DNA of 64,000 nucleotides, taken from Auanema rhodensis (lineage: Eukaryota; Animalia; Nematoda). Position numbers and translations under genes: made by a program. Below are positions 50,101-64,000 of the stretch, piece after piece (position 1 is the first letter of the stretch; every line of letters begins with the position of its first letter). Location: the NCBI GenBank assembly GCA_964057225.1, contig OZ059900.1, positions 5,828,001-5,892,000 on the forward strand. The letters are read 5' to 3'. The notes under the pieces are model-generated. The model was not told the origin of the DNA. It worked only from the letters and a program-made list of their open reading frames with translations, and ran no database searches.

Positions 50101-53100
50101 TAGAAAGTTCTTTTTTTTGCATTTGAAAAGAAAAGAAAGAAAGTTATCTGACTTTTCTTATAAACACTGAACTTTTTAGATCATTATCTCATTTTGGAAC
50201 AAAATATCTTAATATCTTCATACTTGTTCTAAACAACTGCACAAAGTATGATTTGATGAAAATTTTTACTAACTACCTTTTTTCATTTCAATAATCTTTT
50301 TTATTATTTATTTCATTTTATTTTTGTCCAAATCCTCTTGTTCACACATAAACTAATTCACGGATGGATTGCACTGCTCCGCCCTCTAAGTTCCAGCTGG
50401 TTGTGATCTGCTAACAAAAGCCACATCCAAAAAAAGCTCGTCGAATTTTAAACTTGTTCGACACCTTCTAGTAACTTCCTGCTTGAATTAGTTATTGTCT
50501 ATATAATTCTTGCTGCTCAAATCTCTAAAAAATCGCCATAGGTAAGCATTTTTCAATTGTTTAAGAAACTGCGAAAATTGGACAAAAGTGCTAATTTTGG
50601 AGACTTTAACTCACGGAAGGTGTTCATTTTGTTCAAAGTCAAAACGATCAGCAGAGAACTTCTCTTCTATTTTCTCACTTTATTTCTCTCTTTCTCTTTT
50701 TATAACAGTGCCGACCACCCATTAATTTTCGGAGCAGGCTGTGTTCGTCAAAAACTCTTCATCTTGTTCCATTTTTCATGTTAACATTTTTGAAAGTTTT
50801 ATGTTTCTAGCCATAAAATCACTAATTACTCTTTCTTTTCAATCTTAATTCTTGATTATTCTTTGACTTCTATTCATTTAATTTCTTTCAGAAGAAACCA
50901 ATTTTTCGCATAATTAATTTGAAACTAAAATTCATATATATCATATTTCAACAGAAAGTTATTCTTTCTCTCTTAAATTGAGCTTAAATCGTCTTTTTTC
51001 TAAGAATAGACTTCTGTTTTGTTGAATGAAGCCGAAAAAAGCTTTAATATCTGCTATCGGCGATCTTGTTGCTCTCAGTGCAATGTGATTGTCGCTTTGA
51101 TGATGTGGCTCTAATTACATTGCTGTATCGCCTTGTCTATTTCCATAGATTCTTGCTACGATCATACTTTCAGTGATTTGGACCTGAGACCAACTTAACA
51201 AATCGTATTTTAGAAAGACTGGTCAACGAGCAAAAACAACTGAAATCGTTATACGTATTCTTTCTCGCTTGTTATATGTTTTCATAGACATATAAATATA
51301 TCTATTCAAAACCACCGAAAGAAACAAAAAAATAGAACATCATGCTAAATTTCAAAATTTTGAAGAAATTCAGTAGAACAACACCAGATACTACTTCTAC
51401 TTCAGTGACGTCACGGAGTCCATCAACGGCGTCTTCCCAGTCATCTGGGGCGTCGTCCAAACCGCCGTCAATTCCTACATCACTCTTCCGATTGGAACTA
51501 GAACGATTACAGAACATGCTAAATTTTCCAGAAGAAGTAGCTTATGAGGTTGGAATACTGAATTCAATTAAAAGGAGAGTGTCTTGATGATTTCATTACA
51601 GCTTTGTCAAACAGAATATCGCATTTTCTACTCAGTCCAGCCAATGGATTATGTTCGTTATGTAAGCTGTGATCTAACTTCAGTTCCTGTAAAAGATAAT
51701 CCTAGCCCGGTTCGTAACCTGGTTAAGCGACTGAGTGAAGTAAGTGATCAACTATTTCTGATGAAAAATAAGCAATTTGTCCAAATATTGTAAGAATTAT
51801 CTCGTAAATCATTAGGTGAGCTCTTGGATTACACATCTTATCATCAGCCAGCCAACACATGACGACCGTAAAAACACGTTGAACGCAATTGTGCGTGTAA
51901 TCGATGTTTCATGGAATATAGGTGGGTTTAAACATCATAACATTATTGTTTCATTAGAGATAACAAAGTACAACATGTGAGCATATTCAGGAAACTTGAA
52001 TGCTGCTGTAGAATTGCTTATGGGTCTCAAAAGCGATAAACTTAGACCTTTTTGGTTGTCACTGCGTGATGCCGAGAAAAAACACTTCGATGAGGTATGC
52101 AGTGGTTTTGTTCTACATCCAAGAGAACATGAGGTCAAACTTTCAGCTATGTGACAGATTATTGCCCATACTTACTGCCGTTCCAGCTGCTGAATATACT
52201 GAATTGGTTCAAAAGGCTTTAAGAATGCCTCAAGCACGTATAATTCCCTTTTTTGGGATCTTTCTAAGGCACTCAAAACATATTTGTAGAAATAACTTGA
52301 AATACTTTAGAGATTTATATGCTATAGCGAATGAGCTACCAGACATAGTTGTTATCGGTAATGAAGATCAGAAAGCCAAGTTAGAGGTCAGTTGAATATT
52401 CAATTCATATATACTCTTGTAATTATTTATCTTTCAGTTCCTCGAAGATCTGAACGGAGAGGACCATTTTTCGTCACGTATTGGAGTAGGTGGTCTCTTG
52501 AATGCCGACAAGATCAATCTCGTAGCTGTAGGTTGGTACACTCCTTTTCATCTTTGTATCTCATTTTTTCAAATATCTTCTATTATTTCAGTGATCAATA
52601 ATCTCGACTATTTTCATCGACACCATCGAAATCTCTTAGTACAGCTGGATGAACAGATTAGTGATGAAGTTCTTAGCGCTAGCGATCCTAAACGTAGTAA
52701 AAAAAAATCTTATATCTAACAACAAGATATTACAGCGTATGAACCCTTAGAACAAATAGCAGGATCAGCACATGGGGTTTCAATGGTTCAAATTAATTCC
52801 GTCAATTTCGATTTAGATATTGTTCAGCGAATGCATCATGGAACAACTGTATGTATAACTGAAACAATCAGATTAGATGATACATTTCAGTTAATTCAAT
52901 ACGACCCGGATTGTGGAAGAAGTTGCATGATAATGCTTTTCTTAGATCCGAGCAACTTATCAATATTTTGGCGTCGAGCTGAACTTATTCATTTCCCTGG
53001 AGGAAAACAGAATAAGGTATTCACAAATTAACTCAAATATTTTTCCAAAGGTTAAATAAACTATTTCTAAGTCTGACCAGTTATCTAAGTCAGCAGCCGC

Positions 53101-56100
53101 TGCTTTAGCAACAACTATAGAAAATCAGAAAAATGGAGTTTGGACGTTTCCACCCCAGCCGGGTATGGTGAGCTATGGTGTTGAAGAAGGAGAGTTAAAA
53201 CTTCAATATATGAAAGATATTGAAAAAGTGGACGGTTACACGTTTGATGTAGAAGTAAGAGTAAATGACAATAAACTGACACTTTCGTTCAATAATTCAG
53301 AATATTTATCGACGTCATCACTCGGAAGAAATGTGTGCACCCATGTTCTGCTTCAAAATATGCTATGGCTTATCTTTTGCTGACACTGAAAATTTGTTTT
53401 TCATGGCACCCACATCAATATGCCATTTATGGATAACAGGATTAACAAGGGTTAATTGGTTAAATTGAAAAATATTTTTTTTGTTATTATTTTCAGATGA
53501 ATAATCTATTTCATGCACAGTACAAGTACGCTGATCGTAGGATGTTGTGGCTCAAACAGTTATATCTTCAACTATATCGTGAAAGCTCGCCTGATCCAGC
53601 CAATAAACGACATTTGGGACCAAAACCATATGAAGCTCTGCAAGCATTTGGCGGCAGAGTAGAACGCTGGAAAGGATTCGGCTTGACCCAGCCGTCTAAC
53701 TGGCAGAACCGTCCAAACGATTCATCTCATTCTAGTGAAAATGGAGGAGGAGCAAAAAATAGGTAAACATATTTTGAAAATTTTAAAATTAAGAACATTA
53801 AATTAAATTTTATAATCAAATATCAAAGCAACAATTTTCTAGTAAGCCAACTTTCAGACTAAAAAATTTTAAAAATGCTATGCAAAGAAAGCTTCGAGGA
53901 GCTTCTAGAGATAATAGTCCTTCAACTAGTCCACAACCTCATTCATCCATGGTAACTTTTTTTCATTTTTGTGATGTTCAGGTTTATATCATCAGGTTCG
54001 ACCACCATCAATCAAATCTCAAATGTCCCTTCAATCTGGTCCAGCTGGATCAAATTCTCCTGGCTACCTTCTAAAACCTCGTTGTGATACAGCTATTAGT
54101 GACACTTGTGATGCAGATAGTATTTACACTCCAAGAAGTCGAACTCCAACCAGCAGTTCATATGGAGGTATTTCTTAGGTACTATAGTTTTTTCATTCAA
54201 TAATTAAGGTAAATCATTGGGAGGTCGTTCTGTTAGATCATGGCGTTCACGCGGCGGCGAAACACCAAATAGTGGCTCTGTTAGCAGTAGTGGACAAATA
54301 TCTAATCTTGGATCAGGATTAAGTGCCCCAAGTGGCAAAGAAATTCAAGACAAGCCACTAACTTTCCTAGAATTTTGTGAACTTTTCCGTTTATTGGTGA
54401 CACGTATGCGTAAAGAATTGAAGTAATTACTTGCACGATATTAATTCTATAACTTAATCAAACTTTACAGAGACATTTTTAATGAATTCATTGCTTCAAC
54501 GCTTATTCATATAGTGGTACCTGCTAAGCGCGATAGAATATCTTTACCCCAAACAAGTACAGCAGATCATTCAGGGGTACATCTACCAAATGGTTTAACT
54601 TTTAATTTGCTAAAATTTTTGAAGCGTTTTTATTCAGATTTTCTAACAAGAAATTTCTTTTTGAATAGTCCAACACTAGGAGAAAAACAGCTGAAAATAT
54701 ACAATGCATTAGCCGTTGCCAGTGTTAATAGGTAATCAAGTTATTCTAATTTTAACAAACTTTGCTTTTAAGTTCTTATGGGTTCATTGACACATCTCGT
54801 ACAACAGTTATGACAGCCACTATGTTGAAAGATTTTATTTGTAATCATCAAATGGAAGACGTTGATGAAGATCGAGCCGTTCAGTTGATACATGATCATG
54901 AGCCTGATCCATATTTTCGTTCCAAGAATCAATTATCATTTGAAGGATTTTTCCGATATCTTACCGATCCAGCAAACTTTGCATTCATACCGGAAACAGT
55001 TACTGTTGATGAATCAACTATGCATTATCCACTTTCACATTACTTCATCAATTCGAGTCATAATACTTATCTCACTGGACATCAATTGAGAGGTCCAAGC
55101 AGTGAAGAAATGTACCGACAGGTACTCGTGGCTGGTTGTCGATGTGTTGAGCTAGATTGCTGGGATGGAGATGATGGTTTTCCACTTATATACCACGGAC
55201 ATACATTAGTTTCAAAAATAGCCTTCCGACAAGCAGTTGACGCTATAAAGAAATCTGCTTTTGAAAGTTCAGACTTACCAGTAATTCTATCAATTGAAAA
55301 TCACTGCTCTTTAGAACAACAAGTGCTAATGGCACAATCATTTAAGGTTTAATTGATTTGTTTTTTTTGTTTCTGAGCTGTTGTTTCAGGCGGTTTTTGG
55401 TGAAAATCTTGTAACAAACTTTTTATTTGAAGCCGATTATTCGGACAGCCCTCACTTACCTTCTCCCTGGCAATTACGAAACAAAATTCTAATCAAAAAC
55501 AAAAAAATCATAGGTATGCTATGCTTGTTGGAAGAATAACGAGTTATATTTCTATTTAGTTGAACCTGCTGCTCCTTTGCCACTGATTATGAATAAAGAA
55601 GCTCATCAACAATTACTAAGAAAGCAAAGTCGTAATAGCAATGAATCAAGGTGTTGTCTTTCAACGCCTTCTTTTTTGCATTTTTATCGTTTAGCTATAG
55701 CAACTTGGATGATTTGTTTGATGATGCTGAAATGGGAGATGAATTACATACTTCAGATAGTGATGATCAATTTAGTTCGTGTTCTATGAACTTTTTGATT
55801 GAAACATATGCATTTTAGATAATGATAGAAAACTTAGAAGAGAGGAAAGTCCTAATTTACGGAAGTCAATCCGACTAAAAAATCTTCCAAAACAGGATTC
55901 GCTTGCCAGTGATCCAAGTGATGAAAAGCCTAACCTTCATCAAAATGTTAGTTTAAATTTTAATTATTGAAATCAGTGTTTCTTCAGTTGAACGCTCAGC
56001 TTTCAAATAAAAATGATGATGAATCTTTCTATTCTTCGCTGTCATCAACAATTGCTGCAAACCCGCCATGTCCCTTATCAGCAGCATGCAAATTGACAGG

Positions 56101-58851
56101 CAGACAAAAATCAAGTAGCTCTGGTTCTCATCAAATCGCCCCTGAATTATCTGATATGGTTATCTATCTACAAGCCTCGAAGTTTAAAGTATTCAAAGTA
56201 TGAGCTAATGAAATAGTAACATTCTAAATTGCAGACTTTTCCCAATATTGATAGCGTTCAATCACCCCATATCTTGGATCTTGAAAGTGCTCGTTCAAAA
56301 ACGCCCAATAACTTGTTAAACACTCCCTCATTGGCACAGAGACGCATGCTTCGAAATAGTCAACAGTTCAACCAAGTTGTATTTCGCATATTATACATAT
56401 ATGTGAGAATTATATATTTTACTTTATAGAACGGGCTGTGTATAATGCTATCTAATTTACAAACTGATTCGTCCTACCAGCTTAATAGATGTCCAAATGC
56501 AAATGCTCCATGTTATCAGGTTATAATGAGTATTTTCAAATTCAATAATTAACATTTTTCAGGTAATTTCTCTCAATGAAAGTACTGTCAAAAAGCTGGT
56601 TAAACGAAATTCTTTACGTAGCCTTGAATACACAAAGGATCATGTAAGTAAAAGAAAACGTTGAAGTTTTTAGTTGTGAATTCAGATGGTTCGCGCATAT
56701 CCTTCAGCAAAACATTATGATTCATCTAATTTTAATCCTTTGTATTGTTGGTTGCATGGAATGCAGGTATTTAGTTTACTCTTATCTCAAAGCATTGTAT
56801 TGTTATTCCCTAAGATGGTTGCTCTAAATTTCCAAACGCCTGACACCGCTATGGCACTAAACTATGCTATGTTTGAAGAAACAGGAAACTCCGGGTAAGC
56901 TTCCGCTTAAAATATGAATTTCTAAAATATTTCTTTTCAGCTATGTTCTCAAACCGCAAATTATGTGGGACGAAACTCATCCTCTTCACGCGACTTTCTC
57001 ACCTCTTAACACAAGAGCACTATCTCTTCATACAGCCATAATCCTGCACTTGAATGTAAAATTTATTCTAAGTGGACAAAGTTGTAGTAAGACTATCCTT
57101 AGGTTATTTCGGGACAACACGTTTGGCCAACAAACTTTAACGGCAGTGTGCATTTAGAAGTTGAAGTTCACGGAGCTCCAGTGGATTGCATAAAGGTGTG
57201 ATCTGTCAATTGATTATTGTTTGACTGTTTCATATTTAGGAAAAAGCTAAAGGAACCCAAAGAAATACTGTTAGCCCAGTTTGGAATTTTAATTTAACAC
57301 TTAGACTAATTTTTATCGATGTCTGTTTCTTGCGTATTTCTGTTATGGATAGGTTTGTAGAATATAGGTATTTTTAAAATTTGTGTTTAGTGCGACCAAT
57401 CGCATGATAAGTCAAAGAATTGTGCCCATCAAGTGTTTACGTCCTGGATATCGCCATTTACCTCTACGGGGCCAAAATCACCAGCTTTTGGATTATTCAA
57501 CCTTATTCATTCAGTATTAGCTCATTCATAGTTTTACAGAAAAATATTTCATTTAGCACACGTTTCGAAAAAGAAGAACATATTTACTTATATGATGATG
57601 ATGAACTGCACGACACTGATAGTCATGACTATCGTGTTGAACTTGTAAGTTCATTCATATTCAATTGTAAATTCTTATCTTATTTTATTTTTAGAATACT
57701 CATTGTTTTAATTTTGACATTCCTAAGAAACATGTTTATGTTATGAAAGTTTTTGCCAGCTTTGTTGAAGATGGCAGTGTTACAGTGCATTGTAGCGAAG
57801 AAAGTACTGTTCGCTCTGTTATTCGTCAGGTACTATTAATAACTTTTTTCTTCTTAAAAACAAATTTCAGGCACTTTCGATTGGAGGTAAAAGTGACTCA
57901 CCAGATGATTTTTATTTAGTAGAAGAACCCATACCTAATCAACAGCTATCTGACGGGACTATAGAACCAAGAGTTCATATACTTTACTCTTACTGAAGTT
58001 AACTGAAAAATATTTCAGATATTACAATCAGATGAGTTAGTTATGGATTCAGTCGCCTGTTGGAATGGTGCTCAACGCCGATTTGCACTGCGGAAACGAG
58101 GAAGTGTAAGTTGAATTAAGAATTAGTACTGAAAACTTGTAAGCAATTCACTTTTTAGGATCCATCATCTCGGGCATGGATAACATCAATGTTGAAGAGT
58201 AGCAGTTCCGCTACTCCGTATTCTAAAAATGATTATGTCAAAAGCGCTTCAAGTTCACAATTGCACGGTCGTTCGTTGGATACCGATGGTACTGATCATC
58301 TTGAAGTTTGTGATGGTAATCGAATAATTTCAAACTTGTAATAATACATTATTCTATACACTAGGCTTGAAACCTCGAACACGTTCAATGGGAGATACAT
58401 TTTTGGTGTGTGTACATAATGTAAGTGATGATCAACCGTATTCTATTCTACGATCTAGTGTACATTCCACTGCAAATGATATTATTAAACACGTTAGTTT
58501 TTTTGTCGTTCTAATCATTCTTCATTATTATTTTCAAGATTCTTCTTAAAACTCACCGGCCAACCGCTGATGAAACAGAATATGTATTAGTTGAAGAAAC
58601 GAGCGAAGATAAAGGACTAACACCTGCAGCTTGTAAGTGAAAGCACTGCTTGCACTATAATTTGAATGTTTATAGTTCCACTCAAAAATCAACCAACAAA
58701 TGGAAATGGAGGAAAAGTGAAATGTCGTGTTCTTGCTGGGAACGAAAACGTCTGGAAGTTGCAGAGTCAATGGCGAACATTAGGTCGCTTTGTCATGAAA
58801 AATCGACGAAGCGCACTGTACTCTAGTCTTCAAAAAATTCAAAAAGTTTAA
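38129..58851 (+). CDS. plc-1: Phospholipase C epsilon, long form: ankyrin repeats - FERM B/C lobes - RasGEF(CDC25) - PLC X/Y - C2 - RA domains
   Basis: PLC-X: [17 protein letters not shown]...[11 protein letters not shown]...PLIYHGHTL...[13 protein letters not shown]: [17 protein letters not shown]...VALNFQTPD. Ras[13 protein letters not shown]...FPEEVA...[20 protein letters not shown] matches C. elegans PLC-1 as recalled. Ankyrin [19 protein letters not shown] and [10 protein letters not shown]...[34 protein letters not shown]. First exons (38129, 38385, 38789, 39447, 39709) are phase-consistent. The link across 49489-51373 is inferred. Confidence 0.85.
46490..47038 (+). CDS. Putative alternative first coding exon of plc-1
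   Basis: 183-codon ATG-initiated frame inside the intron 45819-47130, ending GAG|GTTTCT in phase 0, compatible with the acceptor at 47131 (LQEQVVSG). Confidence 0.55.
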
Positions 58852-59571
58852 TAAACATTATAAATGAAATGCTTTTTTTTATGATTCTATTGATTTTGTT
58901 TATTTGTGAATTGTTTTTCTGGCTCTTCTTTGTCATAAAACTGATCTGTTTCAAATAAGAATAATGCATTAGCGTTATAGCCATTTGTGTAAAAATATAA
59001 TTGTTACTTATTTATTAAATGTATAGCTTAATATTCATATTTGTACTTACTTAATAATAAAAAAAATTTTTTTTGAGTATTGTTGTGTATTTGAAACTTT
59101 TGCTGTTTTTCGGTCAAATCTCTCAGATGTGAAATTGCATAATTGTTTAATACAACATTCAGATGAAAACATTAGAAATATGTCGTTCAGAATAAAAAAA
59201 AAATGCTGTGACATTAAATCATAAAACCGAATTATGAGAACATTTGGAATTCAGATCACTTTGAATATTGTTGAGCTGTGTTGTTTAGTAGAGAATATTG
59301 AAGGTATGGACCAGCTAAAGTTATGAATGAGGTACAATTATTATTGGTTACATAGAATACATAATGCGACTACTTCAGAATAAAGAGTATACAGTATAGT
59401 TTAAATGTTATGTGGAAATCATATTATGAAGGAAATGAGAGGGAAATAGCACAGGTAACATAATATTCTTTTTTTTCTAAATCATTTTTTGTAAAAAGAT
59501 AACACAAGCCAAAAAAAAGCGGAAAATCTTATTTAAACAGTTCTACACGTTTCATTTGTGATTATCCATCA

Positions 59572-62378
59572 TTACCATTGAGGAAATCCTAAAGCTAAGA
59601 ATGGTGCTTGAGTTGTGGAATGTACCACGCCTGGCCCGAATGGACCTCCTGGACTCATCTTTGTTTTTTCCAACTCGGCTTCTTGTAGACGTTTGGACTT
59701 GGCGCGCCGATTCTAAAAGAATGTAAAGTACATTTTAAAAATAATGAATTTTTTTTCAATTATTTCATTCCTGTCGGAGTCTCAAATTTTTTTTTTTTTG
59801 TTGAAAAACAATTTGAATTCAATTTAATTATCTAAAGCCTATTTTGTTTTTGTTTGCATTTTATGCAAGAAAGATGATCGGTTTCATTCCAAATTGTTAT
59901 CTTCGATAACAATCAAGTTTCATTAATATTCCGATTTTAATTTGCTAGCGCTAAATTGTCAACGATCGCACTAACTATGTGTAAATATAGTTACAGTATA
60001 CATTTTAATTTTCTTGCATGCTGACTAGTCACAAGTTTAAGGTTTTGAGTGACGCAAACCCTGTTTTGGCTTATAAATGCATCTACAAAATGAAGAATAT
60101 TTCAAGATTCGTAATTCAGCACAAGGTTCATTGTAATATTATTTCAATACACAATTTGAAAAATTCGTATTTGCTTTGATTTAAGTTTATTCTTCAATTT
60201 CTTCTTAATCTGGAGCATTTTCCCTCTAAAAAGCTCATTTGGCAACATTTTACACTAGCAGAAGTTGCCAAAATTGCCTTTTGAAGACTAATTAAGAAAT
60301 CGTGCTCTGGTCTTTTATCGTTTTTCCTCCACAGAATGTCAATTTCATCTTTCCTGTTTCTCATTTGCTTTGGAAAGGTTTTTTAGGGTAAGACTTCATT
60401 TGAAATTCAACTTTCACAGGAAGGAAAATCGTTGGTATGCCTTTGATCAACAGTGTAGAAGGCAGAATTTCCCGTTACATTGGTATAATAGCGAAGTTCG
60501 TTGGCTAATGAGTCTGAGGAAAATTGTTCATTTGTTGCGGAAATTAAGCTTGGAAATTGAAGTGTTTTAATAGGAAAAGGCAACACGAACGGTCACGATG
60601 TTTCAACGTATTAGAATCATTAGTTGCCAGCTAACATCCCTTTTTCTTTTGTGATTTCAAATACTGGAACGATATGGAAAGAAAATGAATAAAACTTGAA
60701 GGAAACGCATATAATCGTTAAATAATAATTAGAAAGCTATGGGAAGAAAGAAATAATATGATTCGCAATAAAAAGGATAAATGATGCGACTTAATGATAC
60801 ATTCAAGATGCTTCCCAAATTCCAAGCACCTATTAATGATCCATAAAACTTGAACGTGATATTTCTCCCAGATGTAAAAGTCATGGAAATTAATTGTTCA
60901 TGTGTATTTGAAATCGAAGATGGAATTTTGGTAAATCAAAAACAAACCTAACAACAATATTTGTGAACATGATTGGTATATACTATATGACACTTTTATA
61001 CATACTATAGTCAACTTGTAAGATATGTTTACCATTCACGTTTCTAAAGATAATTTGATGTTTGTATGAAATATAAATGCGTGAATCTAGCATATTATTA
61101 ACTATTTTTAGATTATAATCAATTAGCTTGAACTCTCATTTTTACTGGCATAATCAAACATTGCCAGCTGATCATGAGCTGCGTGGTAATGCCCCCTGAT
61201 GTTGCCTTATAATTAGCTCACCCTCAATGTGTTTGCAGTCGATAAAGATGGATTAATCATAATTCTCATGTTTCCTTTATTGGTATACACACCTTGCACC
61301 TATCTTAGCACACACTTGACCTACTTTATCAGGCTCTGATCAAGGATTGGTGTGATTTATTCATTATTTTTGTTATATATGATGGAGGTGCAGATGCTGA
61401 GCAATAACCAACATTAGCCATTCGGGAGTGTTATTATTACGAGCGATTATGATTAGACTGGCCATAATACTCAAATATATTGTTTTCTCTCTTTCTCACT
61501 CTCATTTTTATTAGACTCATATTTCCTCACACATATTAGAGATAATCTCAAATGTACTCACCTGGAACCAAATTTTAACTTGAGTTTCTGTTAATTTCAA
61601 GGAAGCACTGAATTCGGCCCTCTCAGCTATGCTCAGATATTGTTTGTGTTGGAATTTACGTTCTAATGACGTCAATTGCGATGTGCTGAATGGCGTGCGT
61701 GGTTTACGATTATTGCGATGCTTGCGTAGCATGCATTTATTGAAAGTCATCTGGAGACGAAGTTTATCCATATCTTAAAGAAGGAAATTGAATTATTTCC
61801 TAATGAAGAAGGAAATTAAAATATTTGAATCTTTGATTGAGGCGTAATGAAAGGAATCATAATCAGATTTTTAAATTGCGAAATTGGCTATTGTGTTGAT
61901 GCAGAAGACATGAAAGTTATTTACCTGGTTCTGATGAATCCGAGCATGAGCTTTTAACGCTATGCGCTTTACTTGAACTGGTAGCTGCCATATTAAATGC
62001 GTTATGATTAAGCAGAGAACTATTATTGTTCGGTAGTATATCAGAGTTGGGACTAGTATTGGTTGAAGAATTTGAGGGTGTTGATTGCGAAGAACAGGCT
62101 ACGGTAGTTGGATCGGGTAGCCTAAATTCGGAAAGGATCTTGATGGAAAAGATTGTTTATTTAACAAACCCCATGCGTGGAAAGAATAGTGAAGCATCAG
62201 TAGCAGGGTTCTGTATTTGGCATATTGGCAAAGGCAGAAATGATGCAAAATCAAAGATAGTTGGAAATGGCAACATGCCTGACTTTGTAACATCGACAAG
62301 CGAAGATACTGTTTTAGAATCAGATAAAAGCTGATCTACACTGAATTGCGATTTTTTCGGAGTCTCCGTAACAGACAT
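59572..62378 (-). CDS. vab-15: Msx/msh-class homeobox transcription factor VAB-15
   Basis: [58 protein letters not shown]|[16 protein letters not shown] (intron within WFQ/NRR); N-terminal eh1-like motif FSVDQLL; ends ...LGFPQW*. Confidence 0.93.
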
Positions 62379-64000
62379 CCTGAAAACAAAAAACTGAATA
62401 GAATAAGTTAGAGAGGAGTTAGGCCTGAGAAGAGACTAAAAAGAAATTTAAAGAAATGAGCATAGATGTTGCGAGCATAAGCTTAATCATTAAATATTTC
62501 TTTTGGAAATGCTAAATGATATTTTTTCTGCTGGTAAAGGAAATTACAATGATAACGCTAGCTCTCGTGTGCTTGCTAGTATAACCTCAAAGAAGGTGGG
62601 AGGGGTCGTTAGCCAGCTGATGAGTACAGAGTGTTAACGGCAGCATTTCGTCGTTCAGGAGACAGAGAAAGAGAATGGAAGAGAGTGGGATAGAGTACAG
62701 CTATCGCAGAGAGCAGTTTGCGACAGATGTAGCGTTTGAGAGAATGCGACAGATCTGGTTGTGTACAAGATGGCTTCCGAGAGCCTGATCATCAACTTTA
62801 ATTAAATAATTAATTGTTTTAATGACGTTCTCATTATAGAGCCTTGCTTGTGAGATGATCTTGAAAACACTATTTAACCCATTTCATTCGTCGAAATTTT
62901 GAAATCGGGCCAACTAAAAATAATAAATGAAAAATGAAAAAGATCGAAAATTATTTTTTAAAGTTTTAATTTTCTCTCATTATTTGAAAGTTATTAAAAT
63001 AACGTTAACGAGGAATAACAATAAAAAATGAAAACTATATAGTTAATGAAATAGTTTGTAATATATATAACTATAAATATAGTAAGGAAAATAGCTTGAA
63101 GCATTCAGATGGAAATTAAGTTGACGAATGAAATAGCATTTACGTCAGCACTGATGTAGTTTAACACATTCAGCTAGCAACTTTTAAGGGCTGGTAGCAT
63201 AAGGTAACGAGATTGTGCCATAAAAGGATTTGTTGCTATGAGCATACGGTGCACCGGGCCATATCAAATTAAAGGTCAATTATCGTTTAAGAACGTGCAT
63301 AGAAGCTAATGATGATTATAAATGGATAGAAGAGGTGAATATCATGCTAATGAAGATAACATAAGGCAAGATGGGTACTCTCAATGCTTTTATAGTTGTG
63401 GAATATGTAAACTGATATGTTTGAAAGCTTATGAGGTTCTAATATGAGATGCATCTATTACGATATGTGATAATCCGATATTACGAACAGGAAGCCCTCT
63501 TGACGATGAGCTCACATTTGCATCTGGCTCAGTTTCATAGTTTGTTTGATATAAACCGATAGTAAGGTCTTAATCCGTTAAAAAGTGCTTGACCATCTGA
63601 CACATTAGCAAATGCTGTAAATACGGTATTACGAGGCAGTGAATAGCTCTTTGCGATAATAAAAGAATTTGTGTGAATATATGATGCTTAACCACTTAGC
63701 TAAAACAATGAAGAAGGTGATATTTTTTGAATGAAGATTGGTTATTACACCACGTTGTACAAGCACAGTATGATTCTTGAAAAATGATGCCACAAAAAAA
63801 AAGGAAAAGAGAGAAATGGAGAATTGTCAGGAAATGATGGCCGACATCCCAAAATCTTTTCTTCTAATAATAACATGGCTAGCATATGAGTTTCATTATA
63901 TGTGTAGGAGAAAACAAGAAAAAATATTTGACTTTTAGCATTGAATATGCAAACGTTGAATGATTATAGTTTCCGAATTTGTGCGGAAAAGACTGAACTA

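Noticed and set aside
28524-62425. Isolated TTAGGC hexamers as telomere-addition or DNA-elimination sites
   Set aside because: Single copies only; expected by chance.
1-64000. CRISPR arrays, rRNA/tRNA genes, prokaryotic operons
   Set aside because: Intron-rich eukaryotic DNA; no repeat-spacer array or recognisable structural RNA gene seen by eye (tRNAscan/Infernal would be needed to exclude small RNA genes).

Overview
AT-rich (roughly 30% GC by eye) eukaryotic DNA with dense ~35-50 nt introns and TTTTCAG-type acceptors, i.e. a rhabditid nematode. The ORF track mostly shows exon fragments, so gene models were spliced by hand. Three conserved genes are recognisable, all X-linked in C. elegans: unc-84 (SUN protein, minus), plc-1 (PLC-epsilon, apparently in one ~20.7 kb unit with an ankyrin + FERM N-terminal extension, plus) and vab-15/Msx (minus). 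Around them lie orphan genes: a small secreted Cys-rich protein, a putative GPI-anchored Cys-rich protein, a 183-aa acidic protein in two near-identical inverted copies, a large (~1000+ aa) unknown, an exon-module repeat protein with a PxIxIT motif, and a syndecan-like proteoglycan lacking the syndecan tail. The most striking structure is three large inverted repeats in the first 17.5 kb: a foldback-like element, a gene-fragment palindrome with ~99% identical outer arms but diverged inner remnants, and a tail-to-tail gene palindrome with a ~200 bp spacer. Identities are by-eye counts; no database searches were run.
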